Positions 29,801-39,962 of a stretch of 64,000 bases of DNA are shown one piece after another (the stretch's first letter is position 1; each line of letters opens with the position of its first letter). The notes beneath the pieces are model-generated. The model made no database searches and was not told the origin of the DNA. It saw nothing but the letters and a program-made list of their open reading frames with translations. The stretch is taken from assembly GCA_041664245.1 (NCBI GenBank), contig JBAYLC010000005.1, forward strand, positions 8,695-72,694. The letters are read 5' to 3'. Source of the DNA: Minisyncoccota bacterium (GTDB lineage: Bacteria > Patescibacteriota > Minisyncoccia > UBA6257 > 2-01-FULL-56-20). Position numbers and translations under genes: made by a program.

Positions 29801-30804
29801 AAAAAATAAATATCGGCATCGTTGGTGCTGGCAATATCGGCAGTAAAAGAGCTGAGGTTCTCAAAAAATTTAAAAATTGCCACCTTGTTGCCGTAAGTGA
29901 AGTTGATCCAAAAAGAGCCAGTGAATTTGCCAAAACTTACCAATGTGAAATTGTTTCCAAGTGGAGGGACTTGATTAATCGGCCCGATCTTCACGTTGTT
30001 ATTGTTTCGGTTCCTAATGTATTTACTGCTCCCGTTGTTATTGCTGCTCTAAAATCAGGTAAGCATGTTCTCTCTGAGAAGCCTTTTGGAAAAAATTCAA
30101 AAGAATCTCTTGCTATCATTAAGGCTGCCCGCAAAAATAAGCGGCTGGTGAAAGTTGGTTTCAATCATCGTTTCCACGCTGCCATAGGAAAGGCCAAAGA
30201 AATTTTTTATCGGGGAGAAATCGGAAAAATAATGTTTATCCGGTCCCGATACGGTTACGGCGGTCGCTTAGGAATGCAAAACGAATGGCGTTTTAACAAA
30301 AAAATTTCCGGCGGCGGGGAGCTTCTCGATCAAGGGGTTCATATTATTGATCTCTGCCGCTATTTTGCTGGTGAGTTTAAAGAAGTCTTCGGCTCCGTCT
30401 CTTCAAAATTTTGGTCTCCCGGAGTGGACGACAACGCTTTTGCCATAATGAAAAATGAAAAAGTTACCGCTAGTTTTCACGTTAGTGCTACCCAATGGAA
30501 GAATCTTTTTTCTTTTGAAATTTACGGTGACAAAGGTTTTTTAGATATTGAAGGAAAGGGTGGCAGCTACGGCCGGGAAACCCTTATTTTTGGAAAAAGA
30601 AAAAAAGAGTTTGGAATTCCTATTTTAAAAAATTTCGAATTTTCGGAAGATATTAGTTGGGAAAAAGAATGGCAGAATTTTTTGGGCGCCCTAGAAAATA
30701 AAAATAAAATTAACGGCGACATGAATGATGGTTATTTTGCTAACTATATCGCCGAAGCGATTTATAAATCTTCTAAATTAAATAAAATAGTTAGAATCAG
30801 CTGA
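29797..30804 (+). CDS. Gfo/Idh/MocA-family NAD(P) oxidoreductase
   Basis: INIGIVGAGNIG, EKP, and the characteristic length. Confidence 0.85.
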   Translation: MKKINIGIVGAGNIGSKRAEVLKKFKNCHLVAVSEVDPKRASEFAKTYQCEIVSKWRDLINRPDLHVVIVSVPNVFTAPVVIAALKSGKHVLSEKPFGKNSKESLAIIKAARKNKRLVKVGFNHRFHAAIGKAKEIFYRGEIGKIMFIRSRYGYGGRLGMQNEWRFNKKISGGGELLDQGVHIIDLCRYFAGEFKEVFGSVSSKFWSPGVDDNAFAIMKNEKVTASFHVSATQWKNLFSFEIYGDKGFLDIEGKGGSYGRETLIFGKRKKEFGIPILKNFEFSEDISWEKEWQNFLGALENKNKINGDMNDGYFANYIAEAIYKSSKLNKIVRIS

Positions 30805-30853
30805 TTATCTTTGACACAAATTTTGGTTTGGTTTAAACTAGAACCAACTCAAT

Positions 30854-31582
30854 ATGCCTCAAAAAATCGAAGATTTGAAGATAAAGATTTTTGCTGATGG
30901 CGCCGAAAAAGAAGGAATGGTTGAGCTGGCCAAACAGCCCTTCATTAAGGGTTTTACCACTAACCCGACTTTAATGCGGAAGGCTGGTATTACTGATTAT
31001 GTAAGTTTTGCCAAAGATATTCTTTCGGTTATAAAAGACAAATCCGTTTCTTTTGAAGTTTTTTCTGATGAATTTAATGAGATGGAACGCCAAGCGCGTC
31101 TCATTGCCTCTTGGGCTCCTAATGTTTATGTGAAAATTCCGATTTCTAACACAAAAGGGGAGTCGTCTTTTGATTTGGTAAAAAAACTTGCTTCAAGCGG
31201 CGTGAAAGTGAACGTCACGGCTATTTTAACCGTTCCCCAAACTGAGCACATAGTTAAGGCGCTTTCGCCCAGTGTTCCCTCCATAATCTCGGTTTTCGCC
31301 GGCCGAATCGCTGACACCGGAGTTGATCCAATGCCAATTATGAAAGAAGCTAAACAGATCATGACTGCATTTCCAAACGCCGAGCTTCTTTGGGCGAGTA
31401 CCCGGGAACTATATAACATCTATCAAGCCGAAGTAGTTGGGGCCGACATTATCACCGTTACCCACGACATCTTGAAAAAATTAGGGAAAGTAGGTTATGA
31501 TCATCACGAATTGTCAGTTGAAACCGTCAAAATGTTTTATGATGACGGCCAAAAAGTAGGGTATACCCTCTACGAATCTTAA
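30854..31582 (+). CDS. transaldolase-family protein (fructose-6-phosphate aldolase / short transaldolase)
   Basis: KIFADGA...GFTTNPTL...KIPIS motifs of the short TalC/FSA group. Plausible sedoheptulose-7-P supplier for the adjacent heptose genes. Confidence 0.75.
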   Translation: MPQKIEDLKIKIFADGAEKEGMVELAKQPFIKGFTTNPTLMRKAGITDYVSFAKDILSVIKDKSVSFEVFSDEFNEMERQARLIASWAPNVYVKIPISNTKGESSFDLVKKLASSGVKVNVTAILTVPQTEHIVKALSPSVPSIISVFAGRIADTGVDPMPIMKEAKQIMTAFPNAELLWASTRELYNIYQAEVVGADIITVTHDILKKLGKVGYDHHELSVETVKMFYDDGQKVGYTLYES

Positions 31583-31587
31583 GAAAT

Positions 31588-32202
31588 ATGTACTCAGAAT
31601 ATATAAATAGCTATCTAAATGAGGTTAAAACGATCGTTGATAAAATTGATCGAAATTCGATTAATAAATTTATAGAAGTTTTGAAAGGGGTTCGGGATCA
31701 AAAGGGGCGCTTGTTCATTATTGGCATCGGCGGCGGTGCCGGTCACGCCAGTCACGCGGTGAACGACTTCCGCAAACTCACCAGTATTGAATCCTATACT
31801 CCCGTTGATAACGTTTCGGAAATGACCGCCAGAGCCAATGACGATGGCTGGCACACGATTTTTTCTAATTGGCTTGCGGGAAGCTCTTTAAATAATAAAG
31901 ATGCCGTTTTTGTTTTCTCTGTTGGCGGCGGAAATTCCGAGAAAAATATCAGCCCTAACATTGTTGAAGCTCTTAAATATGCCAAGCAAGTTGGCGCGAA
32001 AGTAGTTGGAATTGTCGGTCGGGACGGCGGTTACACCGCCCAAGTGGCCGATGCCTGCGTTATTGTTCCAGTTGTAAATTCTGAAAACGTCACTCCTCAC
32101 ACCGAAGCTTTTCAGGCTATCATCTGGCACCTCATTGTTTCTCATCCCGGTTTTAAAACCAAAGAAGGTAAATGGGAGTCCGTCCAAACTCGAATAAGTT
32201 AG
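31588..32202 (+). CDS. SIS-domain sugar-phosphate isomerase (divergent GmhA-like)
   Basis: FIIGIGGGAGHASHAVNDF parallels GmhA GNGGSAADAQHFAAE. Confidence 0.65.
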   Translation: MYSEYINSYLNEVKTIVDKIDRNSINKFIEVLKGVRDQKGRLFIIGIGGGAGHASHAVNDFRKLTSIESYTPVDNVSEMTARANDDGWHTIFSNWLAGSSLNNKDAVFVFSVGGGNSEKNISPNIVEALKYAKQVGAKVVGIVGRDGGYTAQVADACVIVPVVNSENVTPHTEAFQAIIWHLIVSHPGFKTKEGKWESVQTRIS

Positions 32203-32765
32203 CCAGAAGGAAAGCTGTTTTTCTCGACCGCGACGGAACTATAATCCATCACGTCGAGTTGATGCACCGGGTCGCTGATTTGAAATTTTTCCCGCAAACT
32301 GCGAGTGCAATCAAATCGCTAAATCGGCTCGGATTTTTAGTGGTGGTAATTACAAACCAGCCAGTTATCGCGCGCGGGATTATCACTCCCAAAGAAGTTG
32401 ATGCGATCCACGCCGTCTTAATAGAACGCCTGAATAAAAAAGGCGCTCGTATTGATGCCGTCTATTTTTGCCCCCATCATCCCAACGCCGACTTAAAAAA
32501 ATATCGCCTCAAATGCCGCTGTCGCAAACCAGCCCCCGGGCTTATCCTGAAAGCCCTTAAGGAATTCAATATTAATCCTAAAAAAAGTTTTATGATCGGC
32601 GATTCGGTGATTGATATTGTTGCCGGGCATAAAGCCAAACTCAAAACTATTCTTGTTAAAACCGGTCCCGGCCACGCCCGAGACAAAGAATTCGTTGATA
32701 TCAAACCGAATTTTACTTCCGAAAATTTACTCGCCGCCGTTAAGATCGTTGAAGATCATTCTTGA
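32172..32765 (+). CDS. gmhB: D,D-heptose 1,7-bisphosphate phosphatase (HAD-IIIA)
   Basis: AVFLDRDGTI, Zn site CPHHP...CRCRKP, GDS.ID. Confidence 0.8.
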   Translation: MGVRPNSNKLARRKAVFLDRDGTIIHHVELMHRVADLKFFPQTASAIKSLNRLGFLVVVITNQPVIARGIITPKEVDAIHAVLIERLNKKGARIDAVYFCPHHPNADLKKYRLKCRCRKPAPGLILKALKEFNINPKKSFMIGDSVIDIVAGHKAKLKTILVKTGPGHARDKEFVDIKPNFTSENLLAAVKIVEDHS

Positions 32766-32782
32766 TTTTCGTTTTATAAATC

Positions 32783-33535
32783 ATGAATTCTAATTCATCT
32801 AAAATAACTCAGGCCGTCATTCTCTGCGCCGGTCTTGGTACTCGCCTTCGGCCGTTAACCGATACCGTTCCCAAGCCGATGATTCCTCTTTTAGGTAAGC
32901 CGATGCTTGAGTGGAATATTGAGAATTTAAAAAGCCATGGTGTCGCCGAATTTTTTATTAATCTTCATCACCTTCCCGAGGTGGTCAAAAATTATTTCGG
33001 CGATGGTTCGCGTTTTGGGATAAAAATAAATTATAGTTACGAACCGGAAATCTTGGGCACTGCCGGCGGCCTCAAAAATTTCGAGAATTTGGTCGGAGAA
33101 AATTTCTTTTTGATTTATGGCGATATGTTAAGTTTAGTTGATTATTCCAAAATGGCCACTGCCTTTTTTTCGAAAAAAGATTCGATCGGTATGCAACGGA
33201 CCAAGAAAACCAGTGACTATGCGGATGCCGATGTGGCCGAACTGGACAGTGATATGAAATTTATAAAAATCCACCCTAAACCCCATCTCGAATCCTATCC
33301 CAACGCCCATCGCATGCGCGGCGTCTTTATATTCAGAAAAGAAATTTTTTCTCTAATTCCCGCCAAAACTTTTTACGAAATCGGGCGCCAGCTTCTTCCT
33401 GGCGTTGTGGCTAGGGGAAAAAATTTCTATGGTTATGAGTGTGAGGAATATTCCAAAGGAATTGATACAGTAGATAAATATAAAGAGGTGGAAAGTTATC
33501 TAAAAAATATTAATTTAAAAGAGTTTATAAAATAA
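32783..33535 (+). CDS. sugar-1-phosphate nucleotidyltransferase (HddC-like, second copy)
   Basis: AVILCAGLGTRLRPLT. Confidence 0.75.
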   Translation: MNSNSSKITQAVILCAGLGTRLRPLTDTVPKPMIPLLGKPMLEWNIENLKSHGVAEFFINLHHLPEVVKNYFGDGSRFGIKINYSYEPEILGTAGGLKNFENLVGENFFLIYGDMLSLVDYSKMATAFFSKKDSIGMQRTKKTSDYADADVAELDSDMKFIKIHPKPHLESYPNAHRMRGVFIFRKEIFSLIPAKTFYEIGRQLLPGVVARGKNFYGYECEEYSKGIDTVDKYKEVESYLKNINLKEFIK

Positions 33536-33584
33536 TAAAAAAGCCGTTGTACAAGCAACGGCTTTTGGTCTAGCTTCTATTCAG

Positions 33585-34331
33585 CTAACGGCCACGATTA
33601 TTGAGACTGTCTATAACCGCGAGAATATCTACTTCTAGCCAGCTACAAAATACTCGGTAAGCGCCAGTTTGGTAGAGGGGTATGATCGCGGAAGGACAAT
33701 CGTAAACTGTCATTCCGACTACTGGGGATTTAGCCGCAACCCCAGCGGCAAGACCACGAAGTGAATCTTCGATGACCACCTGTTCCGCCGGGTCAATTTC
33801 CATTCGCCTTGCCGTTTCCAAGAAAATATCCGGCTCGGGTTTGTGCCGTATCCTACTGCCTTCGTCAGCCAAGACGATTTGGTTTCCGTCAAAATACTCA
33901 TCGAATCCGATGGCTTTCCAGTAGATCCAGAACTCTTCTGACAGAGTCGACGATCCGATCGTTACCTTTAGTTCCGCTTCTCTCAACCTCTTCAAGGAAT
34001 TAAGAAATCCCGGTCTTGGTGCGATCTGTCGTTCTCCAGAAGCAATTTGCTGAACAAATTGTTTGAAATGCATGCTTGATCTGGTCAAAATTTGCTCGGC
34101 GTTCAACTGAGGGGTAATCCCTCTCCTTTTCATCAGATCAAAAATTTGTTCAGCGATGAGTTTTCCCGGACCGCCCGATAAATTTGGAATCAAATCGACC
34201 GCTTCTTGCACGGTTAACTCAATTCCAGCTTCCTTGGCCGCCATACGATGAGCAAGATGATGGCCGTCTTTTTCGAAATCAATGACTGGTCCCTCAAAAT
34301 CAACCGCCACTCCTCTAATCCTACGATTCAT
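33585..34331 (-). CDS. HAD-superfamily hydrolase (beta-phosphoglucomutase / phosphatase-like)
   Basis: VAVDFEGPVIDFE N-terminal DxD-type motif. IEDS near the C-terminus. Confidence 0.65.
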   Translation of the reverse strand: MNRRIRGVAVDFEGPVIDFEKDGHHLAHRMAAKEAGIELTVQEAVDLIPNLSGGPGKLIAEQIFDLMKRRGITPQLNAEQILTRSSMHFKQFVQQIASGERQIAPRPGFLNSLKRLREAELKVTIGSSTLSEEFWIYWKAIGFDEYFDGNQIVLADEGSRIRHKPEPDIFLETARRMEIDPAEQVVIEDSLRGLAAGVAAKSPVVGMTVYDCPSAIIPLYQTGAYRVFCSWLEVDILAVIDSLNNRGR

Positions 34332-34346
34332 ATTCCCTCTCTTTCG

Positions 34347-34784
34347 TTATGATTTCTGTTTTATTGTCAGTAATAGCACTGATGCCACACCCATCGAGTA
34401 ACCCAATCCTTGTCTCCAAGTAAAGGGTTCTTGTCCTGTGGTGATTTTAATGGTTGTCACCACTATAATCTGGGTGATGATAACGACGATATACATCGTC
34501 GCTAAACTCCCAACCGGATCGGCACTGTTTCTAGCCAGAGCGATCATTTTCTGAAAAAAAATCTGACCAACTCCGTTTATTAGCGCCGTGCCTATTCCTA
34601 AAGCCAGTAAGACTGAAATAGGAAAATTGAACTGGCGATAAAATGGCAGAAAAACTACAGTTGTTCCCAAAGAGAGAACAATTGCTGCCGTCTGCCAATT
34701 CAGACCCGTCCGAGACATTAGGAACGGCCACGTTGCGAAACACGCAGCCGCCGCCACCGGAAAAAGAAATGTCTTTAACTCCAA
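34347..34784 (-). CDS. small 4-TM membrane protein (DMT/SMR-like; possibly GtrA/ArnE-F-like lipid-linked sugar flippase subunit)
   Basis: 145 aa with four hydrophobic helices. Confidence 0.35.
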   Translation of the reverse strand: MELKTFLFPVAAAACFATWPFLMSRTGLNWQTAAIVLSLGTTVVFLPFYRQFNFPISVLLALGIGTALINGVGQIFFQKMIALARNSADPVGSLATMYIVVIITQIIVVTTIKITTGQEPFTWRQGLGYSMGVASVLLLTIKQKS

Positions 34785-34914
34785 CTCATCCTCTCTTTCT
34801 GTATTTGCGTTGTAAATAAAACTGGCTACATTGTAATAGATTATTCAAAATTTGTCAAAATAAAAAGGAGGATTCATTCCTGAATCCTCCCAACGTTTCT
34901 AAGTTCGACGATCT

Positions 34915-35844
34915 CTATCGGATTTTTTCTAGAATCTTCCAGAGTTTTTCCGCCTGCTGCGAATCTCTTGTGGCGATGAGCGCAGTGCGGCGAACATTAG
35001 TTTTTGTTCTCCTATACGAAATCTCGTCAAGATTTTCGAGGCGAATAATTCTCCTAGCTTGCCGATGAACCTCGTGGCGATAAAGAATTACTTTTCCGCC
35101 AAGCGCGTTAATAATCGCCATTCCGGGAGTTATGTCCCAGATCGCTTGGTGGTCTTGAATTACTCCATCGGCGATTCCGCAGGCAATCATCGCGAGGGCC
35201 ATCGATCCCGAATTAGCTGTAAGCAAGCGTCTGGTTTTAGTAGCGAGCTCGTTTTTGACCTGATTAAACAAGGGAAGTAAATCAAGATCGGCTCCCCAAT
35301 ACCAGACTCGTGTTTGATCTTGTTTCGGTTCTCGCTCGATTCCGCCGTCTTCCTCCAGCCACAAAACCCCTTTCCCAATTTCTCCAATCACCAGGGTGCC
35401 GCCTCTTATCTCCGGCATATAAACTACACCGGCTATAAGTTTGTCGTCTTCCCAAACCGCAATCGCTACTGACCAATCCGGCAAGCCGAGAGCTTGCATA
35501 GCGGTACCATCTATAGAATCCACATCAAAACGCAGGCCGTCAAAAGAAAAAACATAATTCGGATCATTTCTCCCCGTCGAGAGAAGAAGATTTGAGTATC
35601 TCTCTGTTTTTTCCTCTGCTAGAAACTTCGCTTCGGGATGGAGAGCGGAAAGAAGTAGAATTATCAACTCCTGAGCGGCAACGTCCGTAGGAGTAACTAT
35701 CGCCCTGAAGTTCTCCTTACTTCTTGTACTTCTCGTGTTCTTCGGAAGGGAGCCGCCTCTGATTATTTTTCCTACAATAAGCGCTACTTGAGCAGCACTC
35801 ACCACAGGAAATGAGAATCGTTGCAGACCAATAAGGGCTTTCAT
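34915..35844 (-). CDS. inositol-monophosphatase-family phosphatase
   Basis: FDVDSIDGT and WDITPG motifs of the IMPase/CysQ family. Confidence 0.75.
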   Translation of the reverse strand: MKALIGLQRFSFPVVSAAQVALIVGKIIRGGSLPKNTRSTRSKENFRAIVTPTDVAAQELIILLLSALHPEAKFLAEEKTERYSNLLLSTGRNDPNYVFSFDGLRFDVDSIDGTAMQALGLPDWSVAIAVWEDDKLIAGVVYMPEIRGGTLVIGEIGKGVLWLEEDGGIEREPKQDQTRVWYWGADLDLLPLFNQVKNELATKTRRLLTANSGSMALAMIACGIADGVIQDHQAIWDITPGMAIINALGGKVILYRHEVHRQARRIIRLENLDEISYRRTKTNVRRTALIATRDSQQAEKLWKILEKIR

Positions 35845-35845
35845 C

Positions 35846-36766
35846 TCATATCCCTTCGCCGCGCAAATGAGCGGCAGTAATCTCGTGCGGCCACGGGACC
35901 GTCATCGGCTGTTCTCCTAGAAGTCCAGAATCTTCTGTCGCGCCCCAGTTATTCAGAATTGGCACATAAAATCCATAAACAAGACTTCCAAGTTCGGTGA
36001 TTTTGAAGCTCATCTTGTATTCTGGCGGCAATCCTCCGGGATCGCTTCGAAAACGTTCGGCGTAGAGCCGAATTATTTTGAGAACAATGTTGGCGAATTG
36101 GACTCGTGACGCCTGCCCAATGTTTATCGTCTCTTTGGGAACAAAAAAACATTGGCCGGCTCGATATCCGCCTGCGAAAACTCGACAAGTCGAATCCTCG
36201 AAAATCAGTAACTCTGGTCGCTGCCCTTGTTCATCGAGCCACTTTCTGACATCGCCTCGGTTCATTTCGATTCCATAACCGAGACTTCCTGGTTTTGCCA
36301 ACTTAGCCGGAGCTGGTGGCTCCAAGATATGGAAATGTAGATGAGGAATGTTCTGTCCGGCAAGAGGACCGATATGAACGGTAAGTGATAGAAATCTCTT
36401 TACCTCTCCCGCAACCATATCCACAATTTTCGACGCCACCATTAAAACTTCCCCAAAAGATCCAGCCCCGCCCAACTCATACAAACGATTATTATCCCAA
36501 CATGAATTAGGAATAATTAAGTCGTGTATTGGATAGGGGGTAAATTGATTTTTCATCACCGCCCAGGTTCCGTTTGCCCCCGGGTAGAGAGTTTTTTCTT
36601 CTGCATTCCATTTCGTGCAAAACGGGCAACTCGCCGAATCGGCTACTGGTAGTCGCTGTTGCCAGGATCGCCTAAGCTTTATTTCCGTTCTGGTTCCTCC
36701 AAAGAAAATTCCTGGACCTCCGCCCGGAATTCCCTCAATCTTCATCGGGAAAACCGATTCAGTCAT
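35846..36766 (-). CDS. GalT-like HIT-family sugar-phosphate nucleotidyltransferase/phosphorylase
   Basis: Zn motif CPFCTKW and HIT motif NIPHLHFHILEP. Stop and start abut the IMPase gene. Confidence 0.6.
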   Translation of the reverse strand: MTESVFPMKIEGIPGGGPGIFFGGTRTEIKLRRSWQQRLPVADSASCPFCTKWNAEEKTLYPGANGTWAVMKNQFTPYPIHDLIIPNSCWDNNRLYELGGAGSFGEVLMVASKIVDMVAGEVKRFLSLTVHIGPLAGQNIPHLHFHILEPPAPAKLAKPGSLGYGIEMNRGDVRKWLDEQGQRPELLIFEDSTCRVFAGGYRAGQCFFVPKETINIGQASRVQFANIVLKIIRLYAERFRSDPGGLPPEYKMSFKITELGSLVYGFYVPILNNWGATEDSGLLGEQPMTVPWPHEITAAHLRGEGI

Positions 36767-36884
36767 GATTCCTCTCCTTCTTTCTAGATTTATTCAAATA
36801 TTCTCTGTTATCAAAATTCCGACTATATAATAATAGATAAACCAAAATTTGTCAAAAAGCTAAAAAATCTGTTATCTTTCATTA

Positions 36885-37736
36885 ATGGCTAATCCTAAAA
36901 TCAGCGTCCTAATCGCCACCTATAACCGTTCTAATTTAATCAGCCGCGCCATTCAAAGTGTCATTGATCAAAATTTCAAAAACTGGGAACTTCTCATCGC
37001 CGACGACGGCTCTACTGATGACACCGAAAAAATTGTCCGTAGCTTTGCGATTCAGGATGAGCGTGTCAAACATCTAAAAAGTGAGCACTTTGGCCGCATC
37101 GCCAAAATTTCCAATTTCGGCCTTCGCCACGCGAAAGGGGAATATATTGCCATCTTGGATGATGATGATCATTGGTGTGATCCCGAAAAATTGAACAAGC
37201 AAATAAAATTTTTAGACGAAAATCCTGATTATGCCGGTTGCGGCGGCGGCTTTATCGTTGTTGATGAAAATCAAAAAGTTAAGATGAAATTTTTCAAACC
37301 GGAAAAAGACGAAGAGATCAAAAAGAATTTTTTAATCGCTAACCCAATGGCCAACTCAACCACAATGTTTCGGTTGTCGGTCGCTAAAAAAGTTGAGCTC
37401 TATGATGAAGCCCTGCCTCAATTCGCCGACTGGGATTTTTGGCTGAAAATGGGAGTTGCGGGAAAGCTTTATAATTTCCCCGAATACTTTTCCTATTATC
37501 TGATGTGGGATAAAAGTATGTCATTCAGCAGGCAGAAAGAAGCTTCTTATTCGGCTCTTATAATTATTCCTCGCTACAAAAAAAAATATCCAAGCTATCT
37601 TAAGGCTAAAACTCTGGTATTAATTTATTATCTCTACACTCATTTACCAGAATTTATTAAAAAATTTTTGAACCCAATTTTATCTAATCTTAAAAAAATA
37701 ATCTTTTCTGGCCGATCTGCTCACCCCTTTGAATAA
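36885..37736 (+). CDS. GT2 glycosyltransferase
   Basis: ISVLIATYNR...ELLIADDGSTDDT...DDDD. Confidence 0.85.
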   Translation: MANPKISVLIATYNRSNLISRAIQSVIDQNFKNWELLIADDGSTDDTEKIVRSFAIQDERVKHLKSEHFGRIAKISNFGLRHAKGEYIAILDDDDHWCDPEKLNKQIKFLDENPDYAGCGGGFIVVDENQKVKMKFFKPEKDEEIKKNFLIANPMANSTTMFRLSVAKKVELYDEALPQFADWDFWLKMGVAGKLYNFPEYFSYYLMWDKSMSFSRQKEASYSALIIIPRYKKKYPSYLKAKTLVLIYYLYTHLPEFIKKFLNPILSNLKKIIFSGRSAHPFE

Positions 37737-37757
37737 AAATTGAAGGCTCAATCTTAT

Positions 37758-39245
37758 CTATATTTTAATTTTTAATATTGCGAGAGAATCTTTAAGTAAG
37801 GGTTCTTTAGTAAAATAAAGAACTCCGAAATACACAAAAATAGACGCCCCGATATTCATCAAAAGGTTAGTTTTTAAAATTAATAATACAAAAGTTACAA
37901 TCGCCATTACCAAAGTAGCTATTACTATATTTTTTAAAACCGGCACAACCCTGAAATAATTTATTCTCTTCATTTTATTCCAAAGATAAGCATTGCTCGC
38001 AGAGATAGCAATCAATGTCGCTATGGCCGATCCAGTAATTCCAAATCTAGGAATTAAGATTAAATCCAATAAAACATTTAAAAATCCTCCTATTATCGCA
38101 TTTATAATCAAACTCTTTTGATTGTTATAAGAAAATATTGCGCTACTTAAAATAACCGCCGGGAAATTGATCATCAAGGTGAGAATGAGAATTTGGAATG
38201 ATAGAGTGGCTCCAGAATATGCGCTGCCGAAAAGGAAACTTATAATATTTCCCCCAAGAATAACCCCCCCGATGGATATAGGAATTGCAACAAGCATGAC
38301 TGTCCCCAGTGTGTTTTCCATAACCCTGCGCATTTTTGTATTATCCTTTCCGGCTATTCTAGAAAAAAGAGGTAAGACGCTTACCGAAATAACGCTCGGA
38401 ATAATGTAAAAAATTTGAATTATCCTGTCTGCCGCTGAGTAAAGCCCCACATCTTTCGTGGTCAACAATCCTCCGATTAATAAAATGTCAGTATTTATCA
38501 TCAAAATTCCTAACACACCCGAGATAGCAAATGGCCACGCTGTAGATAAGATTGGCTTAACCAACTTAAAACAAAAATCTGAAAAAAGCTGGCGAAGTTT
38601 ATCTCTAAGAATAAAAGCTGTTGCCATCACGCCTAGTCCAGTGCCAAGCGCGTACGCGAATGCGAATGATTTTACGCTCGGCCTTAACGAAAGAAAAATG
38701 AAGCCAAAAACAACTATTGCAACATTTGTTAATAAAAATAAACCAGCTTCCTTTTCCATTTTTTCATAGGCTCTATTCAGGGCAAAGCCAAATTCCCGGA
38801 AGCTATCAAAAATTACTATAAAAACTACAATCGGCAATATTTCTTTTACTCCTTGAACACTAATAAAATGAGGGACGATAAATATTATTAAAAAAGCTCC
38901 AAGTATCAAAAATACAGTTTTTATAGTGAAAGAAGTAGAAAGTATACGTGATCTCTCGGCTGGGTCTTCGGTTTTTGTGGATTCTCTTATTAGAATAGAA
39001 TTAATTCCGAAATCAATAAAAATTGTGAAAAAAGCAGTTATTGTAACTGCGTAAGAAAAAATTCCCCACTTCTCCACTCCTAAAACCCTTGCGGCGTAGA
39101 TTATTATTATTGCCTTAATAAGTCTCCCGCCAACATTACTAACTGACAACCAAAAACTATTTTTTACTATGGTTTGCCGGGCGTTTTGATTTGTGAATAA
39201 AAATCCCTTTATTTTTTTTATCATTTGTTGTATAGTGACTTCCAA
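37758..39245 (-). CDS. Wzx-type oligosaccharide flippase (MOP superfamily)
   Basis: 495 aa with about 12-14 TM helices and the polysaccharide-biosynthesis-protein N-terminal pattern. Confidence 0.8.
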   Translation of the reverse strand: MEVTIQQMIKKIKGFLFTNQNARQTIVKNSFWLSVSNVGGRLIKAIIIIYAARVLGVEKWGIFSYAVTITAFFTIFIDFGINSILIRESTKTEDPAERSRILSTSFTIKTVFLILGAFLIIFIVPHFISVQGVKEILPIVVFIVIFDSFREFGFALNRAYEKMEKEAGLFLLTNVAIVVFGFIFLSLRPSVKSFAFAYALGTGLGVMATAFILRDKLRQLFSDFCFKLVKPILSTAWPFAISGVLGILMINTDILLIGGLLTTKDVGLYSAADRIIQIFYIIPSVISVSVLPLFSRIAGKDNTKMRRVMENTLGTVMLVAIPISIGGVILGGNIISFLFGSAYSGATLSFQILILTLMINFPAVILSSAIFSYNNQKSLIINAIIGGFLNVLLDLILIPRFGITGSAIATLIAISASNAYLWNKMKRINYFRVVPVLKNIVIATLVMAIVTFVLLILKTNLLMNIGASIFVYFGVLYFTKEPLLKDSLAILKIKI

Positions 39246-39947
39246 ATGAAAGCTGTCATTTTAGCCGGCGGGCTTGGAACTCGGCTCCGACCTATCACCT
39301 ACGAGATCCCAAAACCACTCCTTACGGTAAAAAAAGAGCCCATTCTAAATCATCTCATCAAGCTTTTCAAACGCCACCATATCTCCGAGGTCGGAGTTTT
39401 GGTTAGCCGTCAGCACGAAACCGACTTCGCTAGATGGCGAAAAACCTGGGCTAATGAACTTCCTTACGAGAAGATTAGCATATTTCATGAGGAGAAACCA
39501 AGCGGCACTTTTGGTTGGTTAAAGCACTTGCGCGACTGGTTGGGCGAAGAAAAGTTTATTCTCTCGAACGGAGACGAGCTTAAGGATTTTGATCTCACGG
39601 CACTTAAAAATTTCCACGAAACAAATAAACCGGTGGCTACTATCGCTCTTGTAAAAGTTCTAAATCCCAACGAATATGGCGTTCCGATTTTAGACGGACA
39701 CCATATTAAAGAATTTTTAGAAAAACCCGAAAATCCTCCTTCTAATTTTATTAACTCTGGTCTCTATATTCTTGAGCCGGAAATATTCGATTACGCTGAT
39801 TTGTCGAAAGAATTTCTCATGATTGAAAATGATGTTTTCCCAAATGTCGCCGTTGCTGGTAAGCTTCATGGTTATAAATTTGAAAACAGTCGCTGGTATG
39901 ATTGTGGTAACCTTGAGCGTTGGGAAAAAGCAATCAAGGAGTGGTAA
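39246..39947 (+). CDS. sugar-1-phosphate nucleotidyltransferase
   Basis: KAVILAGGLGTRLRPIT. Track ORF starts at 39225. Confidence 0.75.
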   Translation: MKAVILAGGLGTRLRPITYEIPKPLLTVKKEPILNHLIKLFKRHHISEVGVLVSRQHETDFARWRKTWANELPYEKISIFHEEKPSGTFGWLKHLRDWLGEEKFILSNGDELKDFDLTALKNFHETNKPVATIALVKVLNPNEYGVPILDGHHIKEFLEKPENPPSNFINSGLYILEPEIFDYADLSKEFLMIENDVFPNVAVAGKLHGYKFENSRWYDCGNLERWEKAIKEW

Positions 39948-39962
39948 TAATCCTTTATTTAA

